Positions 9,808 to 19,861 of a DNA stretch of 64,000 nt are shown here, piece by piece. The stretch is from Candidatus Multivoradales bacterium (GTDB taxonomy: Bacteria > Acidobacteriota > Thermoanaerobaculia > Multivoradales > J023). The translations under genes were made by a program, and so were the position numbers. Every line of letters begins with the position of its first letter. Positions within the stretch are counted from its first letter, which is position 1. The stretch covers positions 992,001 to 1,056,000 of the forward strand of contig CBDFLE010000005.1 of assembly GCA_965248925.1 (NCBI GenBank), given 5' to 3'. The notes beneath the pieces are model-generated. The model was not told where the DNA came from and made no database searches. It was given only the letters and a program-made list of their open reading frames with translations.

Positions 9808-11603
9808 CAGCCCGGCCCTGCTTCACGCACACTGAGTTCCATCTTCCACTGCTCCTTGGAATTCGTACTGTCACACCACAGCTCGAGCACTCCGAGTTCG
9901 GTCAGGCGGGCGCGCAAGCGCACCGAGACGAAGCCGTCTTCCGCCCCCTCCGCGGTCTCGAGCGCGGCTTCCAAAAAGTCGCTCTCGACCAAATCGCCGG
10001 TGGTCTCACCACGCAGCAAGTCACCGGGCTGGTCGGCGGGGCGAACAGTCGAGCTGAAGAAGCGAAAAGTCGCAGCATCGCCCACCACCAGCCCGATCTC
10101 GCCTCCCGGCACCGCGACTTCACTGCCTTCCTCCATCCCCTGCGCCACCACGCAAAGGGCGTCGAGGGGCCGGGGCGCGCCAGGAACCGCCAGGCCGGCA
10201 GTCTCGATCCCGAGGTAGTACGAACGCCCCACGCCACCCCGAATCCGCACCCCGCCCACCTGCCGGCTGCGACCGTAGAAAGCCGCCCCCCGGGCGACCG
10301 CGAAATCCAGATCCGGGGCGCCATCGAGCAGCCGAGGCGGCGCCTCGGGGAACCATTGCTGAAGAATATCGAGTAGCCGCTGAGCCAAAGCAGGAGCTTT
10401 GAGCACGCCGCCATTGAGCAGCACTCGGGTCGGCGCGCGGCCAGCCAAGAACGCCGCCAAATGGCGGGAGATAGCGGTGTCGGTAGCGAAGGGCAGGCCA
10501 AGCTGGCGAAAACCAGAAGCCGGCTGACGCCGCGGCCGCGCATCCTTCCGACAATGGGGCAAGAAGCCTTCGAGCAGCAAATCCAGCACTGGCTGACGCT
10601 CGAGTTCAGTGGCAACGGTGCCGCCGATCAAACTTCGCCCCCGTCCCAAGATACTCACGGGATAGCTTGCAGGTGCATCGTCGCCTAGCAAGGACTCTTT
10701 GGCGGCGCGGCAAGCGTGCCACAGGGCTACCGATTGCCAGGCGTCGACTTGCACTCCGCGGTCGGCCAATCCTTGTTGCGCCAAGTGGGCCAAGGCCAGA
10801 TCCATGTTGTCACCGCCGACCAGCAGGTGCTGTCCCACCGCCAAACGTTCGAGCTCCAGCTCGCCCTGCTCGGCGCGGGCCTCGATCAAGCTGAAGTCGG
10901 TGGTACCGCCGCCGATATCGACCACCAGCAACCGGTCGCCTAGTTGTAGGTCTCGGCGCCAGCCGCCGCCACGCTCGGCGAGCCAAGCGTAGAGGGCCGC
11001 CTGCGGTTCCTCCAGCAGCACCAATTCCGCTGGTAGGCCGGCGGCCAGCGCCGCCTCGCGGGTCAACTCGCGGGCACTGGCGTCAAACGAAGCCGGCACC
11101 GTCAACACTACCGCCTGCTCGCCCAGCGGCGCTTCGGGATGGGCCTGCCCCCAGACTGCGGCCAAATGCTGCAAATAGCAGCGTGCCGCGGTCACCGGCG
11201 AGACTTTGTCGATCTCCGCCGGCGCTTGCCAGGGAAGAATTTCTTGCCGCCGATCGACCCGGTGGTGACAAAGCCAGGACTTGGCCGCCGCTACGGTCCG
11301 CGTTGGCGCCTCCGCAGAGCGCTGACGCGCCCATTCCCCTAGGACTCGAGTCGCCGAGAGACCATCGCTCCAGGGCAAGGAAAAGGCACCTTGTGCGGCC
11401 TCTGCCACGGTAGTCAAATAGAGAAAGGAAGGCAGGGTCGAGCGCGGTTCCACCGTGTTGGCCGCAACGACCTGCGGAATGGCGACCAACTCCGCGGTGA
11501 TCGACTCGACCGTCGAATCCGGCTGCCGCAGGTCACAGCAAGCCAGCACGCTCTGAGTGGTGCCGAGATCGATGCCGACCGCGAACATTGCCGAGTCCAT
11601 CAT
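9807..11603 (-). CDS. Hsp70-family (DnaK-related) protein
   Basis: Motifs GIDLGTTQS, TVPASFD, DIGGGTTDF and GGDNMD. Its stop overlaps the next gene's start. Start placed at MMDSAM, just after the DUF2760 stop. Confidence 0.85.
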   Translation of the reverse strand: MMDSAMFAVGIDLGTTQSVLACCDLRQPDSTVESITAELVAIPQVVAANTVEPRSTLPSFLYLTTVAEAAQGAFSLPWSDGLSATRVLGEWARQRSAEAPTRTVAAAKSWLCHHRVDRRQEILPWQAPAEIDKVSPVTAARCYLQHLAAVWGQAHPEAPLGEQAVVLTVPASFDASARELTREAALAAGLPAELVLLEEPQAALYAWLAERGGGWRRDLQLGDRLLVVDIGGGTTDFSLIEARAEQGELELERLAVGQHLLVGGDNMDLALAHLAQQGLADRGVQVDAWQSVALWHACRAAKESLLGDDAPASYPVSILGRGRSLIGGTVATELERQPVLDLLLEGFLPHCRKDARPRRQPASGFRQLGLPFATDTAISRHLAAFLAGRAPTRVLLNGGVLKAPALAQRLLDILQQWFPEAPPRLLDGAPDLDFAVARGAAFYGRSRQVGGVRIRGGVGRSYYLGIETAGLAVPGAPRPLDALCVVAQGMEEGSEVAVPGGEIGLVVGDAATFRFFSSTVRPADQPGDLLRGETTGDLVESDFLEAALETAEGAEDGFVSVRLRARLTELGVLELWCDSTNSKEQWKMELSVREAGPG

Positions 11604-11605
11604 CT

Positions 11606-12121
11606 TCAACCGACCTCGATCTCGGCTGGCGCCAGCACCCTCGCCGTATCCGGCGCGCCGGTCCACGAGGGCACTTCGCAGCGGGCCGCCTTCCAGCCAC
11701 CATGTTGCAGCGAGCCTCGTTGCGCGCCCTCTCCAGCCGGCTGGCCGGTAAGCCGCCATTCGCCGGGGTCATAGCTCGCCGGCACCTCGATAGAGCTTCC
11801 TTCCGCCTCCTGGCGCAAGGCTCGCGGATCAAAGAGGCGCCGGATCACCGCCCCACAGTCGCGATGCACATCGCGAGCGGCGGCACCGATTTGGGCATCG
11901 GAAAAGCCTTCGAGAGGCTCCATCACAAAGTCCACAAGGCGGGCTTCCCGTTGCAGAGTTGCCAGCAAGGTGAGCGCCTCGCTGCGTTTCTGTTCCACCT
12001 CCCCGAGTGACGCTGCTATCTCCGGCGCCGAGCCGTCCAACAACTGCCGCACTCGGCCTGCCAGCTCGGCATCGCCGAGGATCTTGAAAAATGCTTTGAA
12101 AGCCGTAGCCAAGCTCATCAC
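11606..12121 (-). CDS. DUF2760 domain protein
   Basis: Motifs LLATLQREARLVDF, DAQIGAAARDVH, HGGWKA and APAEIEV; GAGGAGG RBS; first gene of the Hsp70 operon. Confidence 0.8.
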   Translation of the reverse strand: MMSLATAFKAFFKILGDAELAGRVRQLLDGSAPEIAASLGEVEQKRSEALTLLATLQREARLVDFVMEPLEGFSDAQIGAAARDVHRDCGAVIRRLFDPRALRQEAEGSSIEVPASYDPGEWRLTGQPAGEGAQRGSLQHGGWKAARCEVPSWTGAPDTARVLAPAEIEVG

Positions 12122-12366
12122 TACCTCCTCACTGAATCCTTGCCCCGACCAGGGGTCGGTCGATTAATCTAAGAACGAGCAGGCGGGCGCAGGCGACAGC
12201 CGGCGGCATCTGCGTGGCGGGGACTCTAGCAAGACAGGTGTTGGCTTGCCAAACTTCGACCACCTCCTTGTCGGGTGCCGGGAAAGGCCGCCCGAAGGAG
12301 ACTGGATCGCTTCATGTTACGATCTCTGGATCCCGCACATCTGCCACGACTTTGGAGCTTTCATCG

Positions 12367-12744
12367 ATGCGCAACTTCCTCTTGCGACTGCTGATCAACG
12401 CTTTCGCCCTGGCGGCGGCGGCCTATCTCGTTCCCGGTGTCAGCCGCGGCAGCTGGCTTGACCTGCTGCTGGTGGCGTTCGTCTTCGGCATCGTCAACGC
12501 CATCGTCGGGCCGCTGCTGAAATTTCTCACCTGCCCCTTGATTTTGCTCACTTTGGGACTCTTCCTGTTGGTGATCAACGCCCTCTTGCTACTGATTACT
12601 TCGTGGGCCGGTAGCTTGTTCGGCCTCGGCTTCTCGGTCAGTGGCTTCGGCGCCGCCTTCTTCGGCGGGCTGGTGGTATCGATTGTCAGCTGCTTGCTGT
12701 CGATCGCCTTGGGAGATCTCAAGAAAGACCGCAAGCGGGACTAG
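12367..12744 (+). CDS. 4-TM membrane protein, phage holin family 4 / YvlD-like
   Basis: VNAIVGPLLKFLTCPLILLTLGLFLLVINA and GF.VSGFGAAFFG motifs. Confidence 0.8.
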   Translation: MRNFLLRLLINAFALAAAAYLVPGVSRGSWLDLLLVAFVFGIVNAIVGPLLKFLTCPLILLTLGLFLLVINALLLLITSWAGSLFGLGFSVSGFGAAFFGGLVVSIVSCLLSIALGDLKKDRKRD

Positions 12745-12776
12745 GCCAGCGCCGCCAGGAAAATCAAGCCCGTCTC

Positions 12777-13817
12777 TCAGGGTCTTGATTCGAGCGCGCG
12801 AAGTAAGTCTAGGGCAGCGGACCGTCGATCACCAGAGCCTTGAACATAGGGTAGCCAAGTGGCTCGCAGAGGCTCGTAGAGGGGCCGCCAGCGGCCTTCG
12901 AAGACACCCAGGGATTCGGCGCTAGGCAGATATTCTTCTACTTCCCCCTGCTCCGCCAGTCGAGCCCGCGTCACCTCGCCAACCGTGACGAAGAGTACCC
13001 CATGCCAAAGATCCCGCGGCACCGAGGTCTGCACCGTCCGTGCCGCCGCGGCCAAGGCCTCGGCGATCGGTCCATTGCGGGGACCGACGAACTCATGCGA
13101 GATTTCATGGAAGATCAGTTCTAAGGAAGCCCAGCCCTGGTAGCCCAGATCACGGCTGTTGATCTGGGTGTGGGTGGTCGGCCCAGCGATGGTATCGGCA
13201 CCGTTGCGGCCGGCGGTCTCGACGACATCGACGGCGATCGGCAGCTGCCGCCAGCGCTGGCCGAAGCGGTCCTGCAAGCGCTCGCCAATCGCCTGCTCGT
13301 GCTGCTCAAGTTTGGGCAACAATTGCTCAATCCAGGTTTTGTTGGCCGCCGCCTGGGCCGGCCAGCGACAGGTCCGATAGGCAGCTTCAGCAGCCTGCAT
13401 GAAGAGCAAGCCCAGGCGAAGATCCTCACCATCGTCATCATCTAGGTCGTCGATCATCAGCTGGGCCAAGTGCGAACGAAAGGCAAAGCGCTCGCGACTG
13501 AAAGTGTAAGTCGCGGCAACATTAGTGGCAAAGTAATCTACCGCCTCGTGCCAGGCACTGCGCTGTTCACGCGGCAAGCGGTCGAAGCAAGCTCCGGACT
13601 CCGCATCTTCCAGGTCCTCTGTCCGATGCGCCGTCCGCGCTGTCGCGGCGCTGAGCAGCGCGTCGTAGAGATTGAAAGCGAAATCTGAATAGAAGGTGAA
13701 ATAGCGACTCTCGGCCAGCGCTACTCGGCCGTCGTCTGCGGCCAATAGAGGTGGAGTTGGCGAGGTCGCACAAACTAGAATTGTCAAGACAAAAATCGGA
13801 GCAGCAGCACGTAGCAT
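12777..13817 (-). CDS. Secreted hypothetical protein with HExxH zinc-metalloprotease motif
   Basis: Signal peptide, LIFHEISHE, and a downstream LWH motif. Confidence 0.55.
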   Translation of the reverse strand: MLRAAAPIFVLTILVCATSPTPPLLAADDGRVALAESRYFTFYSDFAFNLYDALLSAATARTAHRTEDLEDAESGACFDRLPREQRSAWHEAVDYFATNVAATYTFSRERFAFRSHLAQLMIDDLDDDDGEDLRLGLLFMQAAEAAYRTCRWPAQAAANKTWIEQLLPKLEQHEQAIGERLQDRFGQRWRQLPIAVDVVETAGRNGADTIAGPTTHTQINSRDLGYQGWASLELIFHEISHEFVGPRNGPIAEALAAAARTVQTSVPRDLWHGVLFVTVGEVTRARLAEQGEVEEYLPSAESLGVFEGRWRPLYEPLRATWLPYVQGSGDRRSAALDLLRALESRP

Positions 13818-13942
13818 ACGGGGGCCTCCAGGTGAGATGTCTTATCGGTGTCGTACACGCTCTCTCGGTGCTTACGAAACAAAGGTCTTTTCGCCCAATT
13901 CCGCGCCCGCGGCGCGCTGGCCTCGAGCGACTGTTTTCCTAG

Positions 13943-15439
13943 CAGCCCGTGGTGAAAGTCCCGATTACGGCCGTCTTGGCGATCTTCCCTGGTAGAATCT
14001 TTCCACCCGAGGGAGGTAGCGACCATGGCGATGGGCAGGCGAAGCAAACGAAGACAGCGGCAGCTCTGGGTGGAAACCCAGGCGCTGGCCAAGTCCCCAG
14101 GACATCCTTTCTACGAGCGTCTGTCCAAGATTCTCGACAAGCACGGTTTCGATCGCTTTATCGAGGAGCAGTGCGCGAGGTTTTACGCTACGAGGATGGG
14201 ACGGCCTTCGCTGGCGCCCGCGGTGTATTTTCGGTTGCTGTTGATCGGCTTCTTCGAGGGTATCGACTCTGAGCGAGGTATCGCATGGCGGCTTGCGGAT
14301 TCGATGACTCTGCGCGACTTTCTGGGCTTCGAACTCTCGGACCAGACCCCGGACCATTCGACGCTCTCTCGGACCCGTCGCCTGATCGATCTCGAGACCC
14401 ATGAGGCGGTGTTTGCTTGGGCTTTGCAAGTACTGGCGAAGGCTGGCTTGCTCCGGGGAAAGACGCTGGGCATCGATGCGACGACCCTCGAGGCGAACGC
14501 GGCGATGCGCAGCATCGTGCGTCGAGACTCGGGCGAGAGCTACGAAGAGTTTCTCACGCGCCTGGCCGAGGCTTCGGGTGTGGAGACCCCGACGCGAGCG
14601 GATCTGGCGCGTTTTGACCGCCAAAGGAAGAACAAAAAGACGTCGAACGGCGACTGGAAGAACCCCCACGATCCCGACGCCAAAGTCACGCGAATGAAGG
14701 ATGGGCGGACGCATCTGGCGCACAAAGCCGAGCATGCGGTGGATATGGAGACGGGTGCGGTTGTGGCGGTGACGGTGCAACCTGCAGACCGAGGGGACAC
14801 GTCGAGCCTAGAGCGGACGTTGGATGAAGTCGCTGCGGTGCTGGAAGATGTCGTTGAGGATTCGGAGGCTGGCGATCACTTGAGCGAGAAAGTCCGTTCA
14901 GAGCTGGTGGCTGACAAGGGCTATCACAGTAACGCGGTCATGAAGGCACAGCGTCAAGGGAAGATTCGAACCTATATTTCGGAACCGGATCGAGGCCGAC
15001 GCAACTGGTGCGGCAAAGAGGCGGAGAAGCAAGCGGTGTATGCCAACCGTCGACGGATCAAGGGTCGTCGAGGCCGCGAGCTGTCGCGGCGTCGAGGAGA
15101 GAAAGTAGAACGCACCTTTGCCCATTGCTACGAGACTGGCGGTATGAGAAGGACCCACCTTCGAGGTCACGACAACATCCGCAAAAGGTTGCTGATTCAC
15201 ATCGCGGGATTCAATCTTGGGCTGCTGCTTCGTCAAATGTATGGAGCCGGCACTCCACGGGCCCTTCAGGGCTTTCTTTCGGCTCTCGAACAGGGCTTTC
15301 GCGCCGTATATAGCTTGCTGAGCTGGCTTCTGCCGCACGAGAGCGGATATTGGCCACTAAGATCTTCGATCAGACCACCTGCGCCGGCTGGCCTCAATTT
15401 AGGCCACATTTTGTAGAAACGGACTTCTGCCACGGGCTG
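13943..15439 (+). mobile_element. Complete insertion sequence (IS1182/IS5-like), 1497 bp
   Basis: IRL CAGCCCGTGGTGAAAGTCC (13943-13961) matches the reverse complement of IRR, CAGCCCGTGGCAGAAGTCC (15421-15439), at 16/19 positions. CTAG direct repeats flank it at 13939-13942 and 15440-15443. Confidence 0.9.
14025..15416 (+). CDS. DDE transposase (IS1182/IS5-like)
   Basis: Motifs GRPSLAP, PDHSTLSR, IDATTLEANA, ADKGYHS and R..VERTFAH. Confidence 0.92.
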   Translation: MAMGRRSKRRQRQLWVETQALAKSPGHPFYERLSKILDKHGFDRFIEEQCARFYATRMGRPSLAPAVYFRLLLIGFFEGIDSERGIAWRLADSMTLRDFLGFELSDQTPDHSTLSRTRRLIDLETHEAVFAWALQVLAKAGLLRGKTLGIDATTLEANAAMRSIVRRDSGESYEEFLTRLAEASGVETPTRADLARFDRQRKNKKTSNGDWKNPHDPDAKVTRMKDGRTHLAHKAEHAVDMETGAVVAVTVQPADRGDTSSLERTLDEVAAVLEDVVEDSEAGDHLSEKVRSELVADKGYHSNAVMKAQRQGKIRTYISEPDRGRRNWCGKEAEKQAVYANRRRIKGRRGRELSRRRGEKVERTFAHCYETGGMRRTHLRGHDNIRKRLLIHIAGFNLGLLLRQMYGAGTPRALQGFLSALEQGFRAVYSLLSWLLPHESGYWPLRSSIRPPAPAGLNLGHIL

Positions 15440-17371
15440 CTAGGGACCGCCCTCCGCCAGGGCTGGTGACAACGACCTGCTTTGTCGCTCAGCCTGCCAC
15501 TCGCGGGTCTTGCGCTCGAACCATTTGCGACTGCCAATCAAATCCCAATCTCGCTGCTCGTCGAACATCTCCAACGAAGCCGATAATCCGCGGTATTTGC
15601 AAAAAAGTAGCGCTACCACTTCGTCTTCTGACAGGTGAGCGTGAGCCTTCAGCTCCAACTTCTGGCCGCTGAGAGAAAAATTATTGAGCCAGATATCTTG
15701 ATCGCGAATCACCACTTCGCTGGTCGCCTCAATGTCCTCTACCGTCAGCAAGTTGCGTAGCCAGGTCGGACGGGATTTGGTGCGCTCGAAGAGAGTCACC
15801 AATGGGCTAGTATCGCTCATCTCTATCTTCAGGAGGGTCTCTAACTCCATCGCCTCCGCGAGTCGCACCGCCCCTTGCACTATTTCAATTCTGGCCCACC
15901 AAGCCGCGTTACTTGTCTCAGCCTGTCCTGCCGCCAAGCCAGCGTTGTCGATCTCCCACCGAGTGCCCGAAATATCGAACCGCCGCTCGCCGATGTGGCC
16001 GTCAGTGATCGTTGTCAACAGCTTCATATCACCCCGCACCTCGACATCTTTGAACCGCGCATCAACCGCTTTGCCGACGATCTGCAAGGCGCCATAGATC
16101 CGACTGGCCTCGGTTTCAAGATGAAGCTGCCCTTCGATTTCGCCGCTGCCGGCGAAGATCTCCATCGCCGCGCTCTGCGGCAGGAATCGGTTGTAATAGG
16201 CGAGGTGAGGAATCTGCGACTTGGGCAACTCGACGTCAACCACCAGCTCTGGAGTCGGCTCGGCCAGATCGAGTTTTTCGGTGACCACCTGCACTCTGGC
16301 ACCCGCACCGACGATGTGCGGCTGCTCAGCACCCCGCTCGCGCAGCTGGTATTTCTCGAAAACCACTGCCAATGTGCCACTGGGTCGATTCTCGACCTCG
16401 GCAACTTCGCCACGTAGTCGTGCTTGGCCTTCGATCCGGTAGTCTAGATAATCCAGCTCAACACCAGCCCATGCATGGAGATGACTATCGGGCAACAAAC
16501 GTCCATGATCTAGAGTAAGATCGATCTGCAGGGCGCCGTCGCCGCCGATAGCAATCCAAGGCGAACCGCGCAAGAAATAGTCGAGCACACTGAGATCTGC
16601 GCGCGGTGCATCGACCTGTAGCCGGCCAGAGATGAATCGCAACGCCTGCAGACCGCCGTGTTGGCGAGGAGTAAAGGGGTGAACTTGCACCCGAGCCTCG
16701 AGCCGCTCGACCTCACTAGCTTGGTCTGCGCCCTGCCAGATTTTGCCTCGCCCGAGCACCAATTGCGCCTGATCTACCCGCAAGGGACCCCGCAGCTGAA
16801 AATCCAGCTGACCGCTGAGTCGCCCTTGGCCCGCCCAGCGATGGCGTCGCAACCAGATCTCGCGCACCTCCTCCACCGCCATCCGGTCTATCGAAATCCT
16901 CCACCGCCGCCGCTTGGCTGGGGTCGCCGCCGCCGCCGGGGCTGTGGTTAAACCATCGATGGTCGGCAATGCCGGGTCAGACTCGCCCGTGACCGGCGCC
17001 GGTCGCAGGTGGAATTTCAGTCCTTTCCCCTGCAAACGCCGTAGCCGAAAGTGCTTGCGCGCCAATCCGAGGAGGCTGATCGACAATCGCCCTTGATCCA
17101 ATTGCAGCGCCCACAGTTGCTTCTTGTTCCGTGCTTTAAGTTGCAGGTCTCGAAGATGCAACCGGCCTGGAACCAACGTCCAGCCTCCGCTCCAGCTGAT
17201 CTGCATCTTGTCTGGCTTTCGGCTTACCCAGCGCGGACCGAGTGCAGGCCGCAAAAAGATATTCCCGGCCACCAGGTACAGCCCCCATAGCACTAGCAAA
17301 ACGGTGGCGAACCAACGAAGCGGCCGTGGCAGGGTCCCCTTCGGCCGCACAGCATCCTGATCGGGTTTCAC
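15440..17371 (-). CDS. Hypothetical envelope protein, single N-terminal TM, beta-rich (AsmA-like)
   Basis: 643-aa ORF overlapping the pabAB stop; alternating hydrophobic beta pattern. Family call is tentative. Confidence 0.55.
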   Translation of the reverse strand: MKPDQDAVRPKGTLPRPLRWFATVLLVLWGLYLVAGNIFLRPALGPRWVSRKPDKMQISWSGGWTLVPGRLHLRDLQLKARNKKQLWALQLDQGRLSISLLGLARKHFRLRRLQGKGLKFHLRPAPVTGESDPALPTIDGLTTAPAAAATPAKRRRWRISIDRMAVEEVREIWLRRHRWAGQGRLSGQLDFQLRGPLRVDQAQLVLGRGKIWQGADQASEVERLEARVQVHPFTPRQHGGLQALRFISGRLQVDAPRADLSVLDYFLRGSPWIAIGGDGALQIDLTLDHGRLLPDSHLHAWAGVELDYLDYRIEGQARLRGEVAEVENRPSGTLAVVFEKYQLRERGAEQPHIVGAGARVQVVTEKLDLAEPTPELVVDVELPKSQIPHLAYYNRFLPQSAAMEIFAGSGEIEGQLHLETEASRIYGALQIVGKAVDARFKDVEVRGDMKLLTTITDGHIGERRFDISGTRWEIDNAGLAAGQAETSNAAWWARIEIVQGAVRLAEAMELETLLKIEMSDTSPLVTLFERTKSRPTWLRNLLTVEDIEATSEVVIRDQDIWLNNFSLSGQKLELKAHAHLSEDEVVALLFCKYRGLSASLEMFDEQRDWDLIGSRKWFERKTREWQAERQSRSLSPALAEGGP

Positions 17372-19440
17372 TTCTCGATCTTAGCAGGTAGGTCGATCGA
17401 GCCACCGAGGGCTTCGAGCAGGGGCTCGGCTTTGATCAGCATCTCAGCCAACTCGGCCTGCGGCTCGGAGAGGGCGACAATCGCCCCGCCGGTGCCGATT
17501 TCGGTGGCCGACGAACTCGCCACCGCGGTTCGAATGACAATCGCCAGATCCGCTGTGCCGCCCAAGCCAAAGAAGCCCAATGCTCCCGCGTACGGTCCCC
17601 GAGCCCGCCCCTCCAACCGCTCGAGAATCTCCATCGAGCGTCGCTTCGGCGCACCGGTCATTGAGCCTCCTGGGAAGGCCGCCCGCACACACGCCACCGC
17701 GCCCACCCCTGAGCGTAGCTGGCCCCGAACCGTCGACACCAACTGATGCACCGTGGCATAGGTCTCCACCCGCATCAACTCCGGCACCCGCACCGAGCCC
17801 AACTCGCAAACCTGCCCAAGATCGTTGCGCAGTAGGTCGACAATCATCAAGTTCTCGGCACGATCCTTGATGTCGGTCTGCAACTGCAGACGGCGCCGAC
17901 GGTCTGCTAGCGGATCGGTATGGCGAGCACGGGTGCCTTTGATCGGTTTGCTCGTCACCTGCCCCCGGCGATCGATTTGCAGAAACTGCTCAGGCGATGA
18001 GCACAGCAGTGAGAAATCACCGCAGCGCAAGAAGGACGAATAAGGCGCCGGGTTGATTCGCCGCAACCAGCGATAGCTGTCAAGCGGTCGCTCCAATGGC
18101 TCACCCAGCAGCTGATTGGTCAAACAGAGTTCGTAACTTTCCCCTTGACGAATCTCCTCCAAGCAGCTCTCGATATCAGCCAGATAGCGTTCCGCGGCCC
18201 GCGCCAACTTGAAACTTAGGACCCGGCGCGCCGGCAACCGCGGCGCTGGCGGCACCTTCTCCAGCTCACTCTCCACCTGTCGCAACCAAGCTCGATCGCA
18301 GTCTTCGCTCCCATCCTCCCCCAGCGCCAACATGTAGACACATTGTTCCTGATGGTCGAAGGCTAGCAATCGATCGGCGAAAATCAGCCACCCATCGGGC
18401 AACGCCGAGCGCTGGTGCAGGCTAGTTCCACACTCCTCTCTAAGTTCGTAACCCAAATATCCGACGAAACCCCCATTGAAATCAAAGGGTAGCTCGGGAC
18501 TGGTCATTAGCCGATCCTCAAGCCGGCGCTCGAGATAGTCGAAAATACTCTCTGAACGGCACTCCAGCCGCCCTTGCCGCTCGATTTCCAACGAACCACC
18601 AACCCGGTAGCGCAGGATCTCGGCTCGGGGCCCGGAAGCATCGCCCATGAAAGAGAACCGCGAGCGGTAGGAACTTGCCAGACTACTGTCAAGCCAGAAA
18701 GCATTAGGGCTCTGCGCATAGAACTGGCAAAACACCGCCTCGGGCTCGACAAAGTGATCCAACCGCCGCCACCGCAAACGGCTTTTCCGGCCCTGCCCCG
18801 GAGAGTGATCAGCGCCCCGAGCGAGGCCGGCCGCGACCGCCGTCCGTGATCGCCGCCCGCGGCTAGCGCCCGAGAGTTCCAAGAAATTGCTGAGGATCTG
18901 GTCGCCATGTTCGGTGGCGATCGACTCGGGATGAAACTGCACCCCCCACAAGGGCCGGCGACGGTGCCGCAGTCCCATCAGGACGCCGTCTTCGGTCCAA
19001 GCACTGCGCTGCAACTCGGCCGGTAGCTCACCGAGCACCGCCAACGAGTGATAGCGCACCACTTGCAGACCTTGAGGCAAGCCGGCGAAGAGACCCTTTC
19101 CATCATGCGACAGCGCCGACAATCGGCCATGCATCGGCTGCTCCGCGACCCCAACTTGCCCACCAAGACTCTCCGCCAGCCCCTGGCACCCCAGACAAAC
19201 CCCTAAAATGGGCACCTCCAGCTCATCGATCACCGCGGCACAGATGCCAAAGTCAGCTTGCCGGCTGGGCCGACCCGGACCGGGCGAAAGCACGATGCGA
19301 GCCGGGCGTAAGTCGACAAGCTGCTGCAACGAAAGCTGGTCGTTGCGCACCACTCGCGGTGCCGCGCCACTCAAGCGGCCGATCTGCTGATAGAGGTTGT
19401 AGGTGAAGGAGTCATAGTTGTCGATGATCAACGTGGTCAT
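17368..19440 (-). CDS. pabB: Fused aminodeoxychorismate synthase (PabA glutaminase + PabB)
   Basis: GATase motifs IDNYDSFTYN, SPGPG, GVCLG and QFHPES; synthase motifs GESYELCLT, PIKGT, ENLMIVDLLRND and PGGSMTGAPK. Confidence 0.92.
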   Translation of the reverse strand: MTTLIIDNYDSFTYNLYQQIGRLSGAAPRVVRNDQLSLQQLVDLRPARIVLSPGPGRPSRQADFGICAAVIDELEVPILGVCLGCQGLAESLGGQVGVAEQPMHGRLSALSHDGKGLFAGLPQGLQVVRYHSLAVLGELPAELQRSAWTEDGVLMGLRHRRRPLWGVQFHPESIATEHGDQILSNFLELSGASRGRRSRTAVAAGLARGADHSPGQGRKSRLRWRRLDHFVEPEAVFCQFYAQSPNAFWLDSSLASSYRSRFSFMGDASGPRAEILRYRVGGSLEIERQGRLECRSESIFDYLERRLEDRLMTSPELPFDFNGGFVGYLGYELREECGTSLHQRSALPDGWLIFADRLLAFDHQEQCVYMLALGEDGSEDCDRAWLRQVESELEKVPPAPRLPARRVLSFKLARAAERYLADIESCLEEIRQGESYELCLTNQLLGEPLERPLDSYRWLRRINPAPYSSFLRCGDFSLLCSSPEQFLQIDRRGQVTSKPIKGTRARHTDPLADRRRRLQLQTDIKDRAENLMIVDLLRNDLGQVCELGSVRVPELMRVETYATVHQLVSTVRGQLRSGVGAVACVRAAFPGGSMTGAPKRRSMEILERLEGRARGPYAGALGFFGLGGTADLAIVIRTAVASSSATEIGTGGAIVALSEPQAELAEMLIKAEPLLEALGGSIDLPAKIEK

Positions 19441-19676
19441 GGCGGGTGAACCTCAGACCCGGCTGGATCCAACTCCAACCCGCCAATTATCGCGCTACTG
19501 ATCTGCTCGGAAATCAATTCTAGATCGCCAAAATCGTCGTCGGTCTCGACCCACAGGTGGACCCCGTCACGGCCCCTGATCAGCTCCACCAAAACCTGGT
19601 GGGACGCCACCTCGCCACTTTCCAACCGCAGCAGCTCATCGCTCGCGGGGTCGTAGCGAAAGTCGCCCAACCGCAC
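19437..19676 (-). pseudogene. Short ORF resembling an internally deleted wHTH/TolB-like regulator
   Basis: VRLGDFRYDPASDELLR resembles the start of CadC/OmpR-type wHTH domains. VELIRGRDGVHLWVET resembles the TolB-like domain segment QLI...G.HLWA. Confidence 0.35.
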
Positions 19677-19861
19677 CGCCTCGGCCGTCGACGCCTCTGG
19701 CGACGACCACCCAGAACCGTCGGCATGGCAGGTCGCTGTGCCGAGCCGCGCTGACCTTCGACGGCGCCGCCGCGGCAAGCTCTTCGCAGCACTGCCAGTC
19801 ACCTGCCAGTGCTGCCTCGTTAAGATCGCTCTCTTAGCCGCGACAGGCCAAGGCAAAGGCT

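Noticed and set aside
7012-11603. Assigning dnaK or hscA
   Set aside because: Substrate-binding regions are atypical, with no dnaJ/grpE or isc context.
12367-12744. Prophage suggested by the holin-family gene
   Set aside because: This 4-TM family is common in chromosomes, and no endolysin, structural or integrase genes are nearby.
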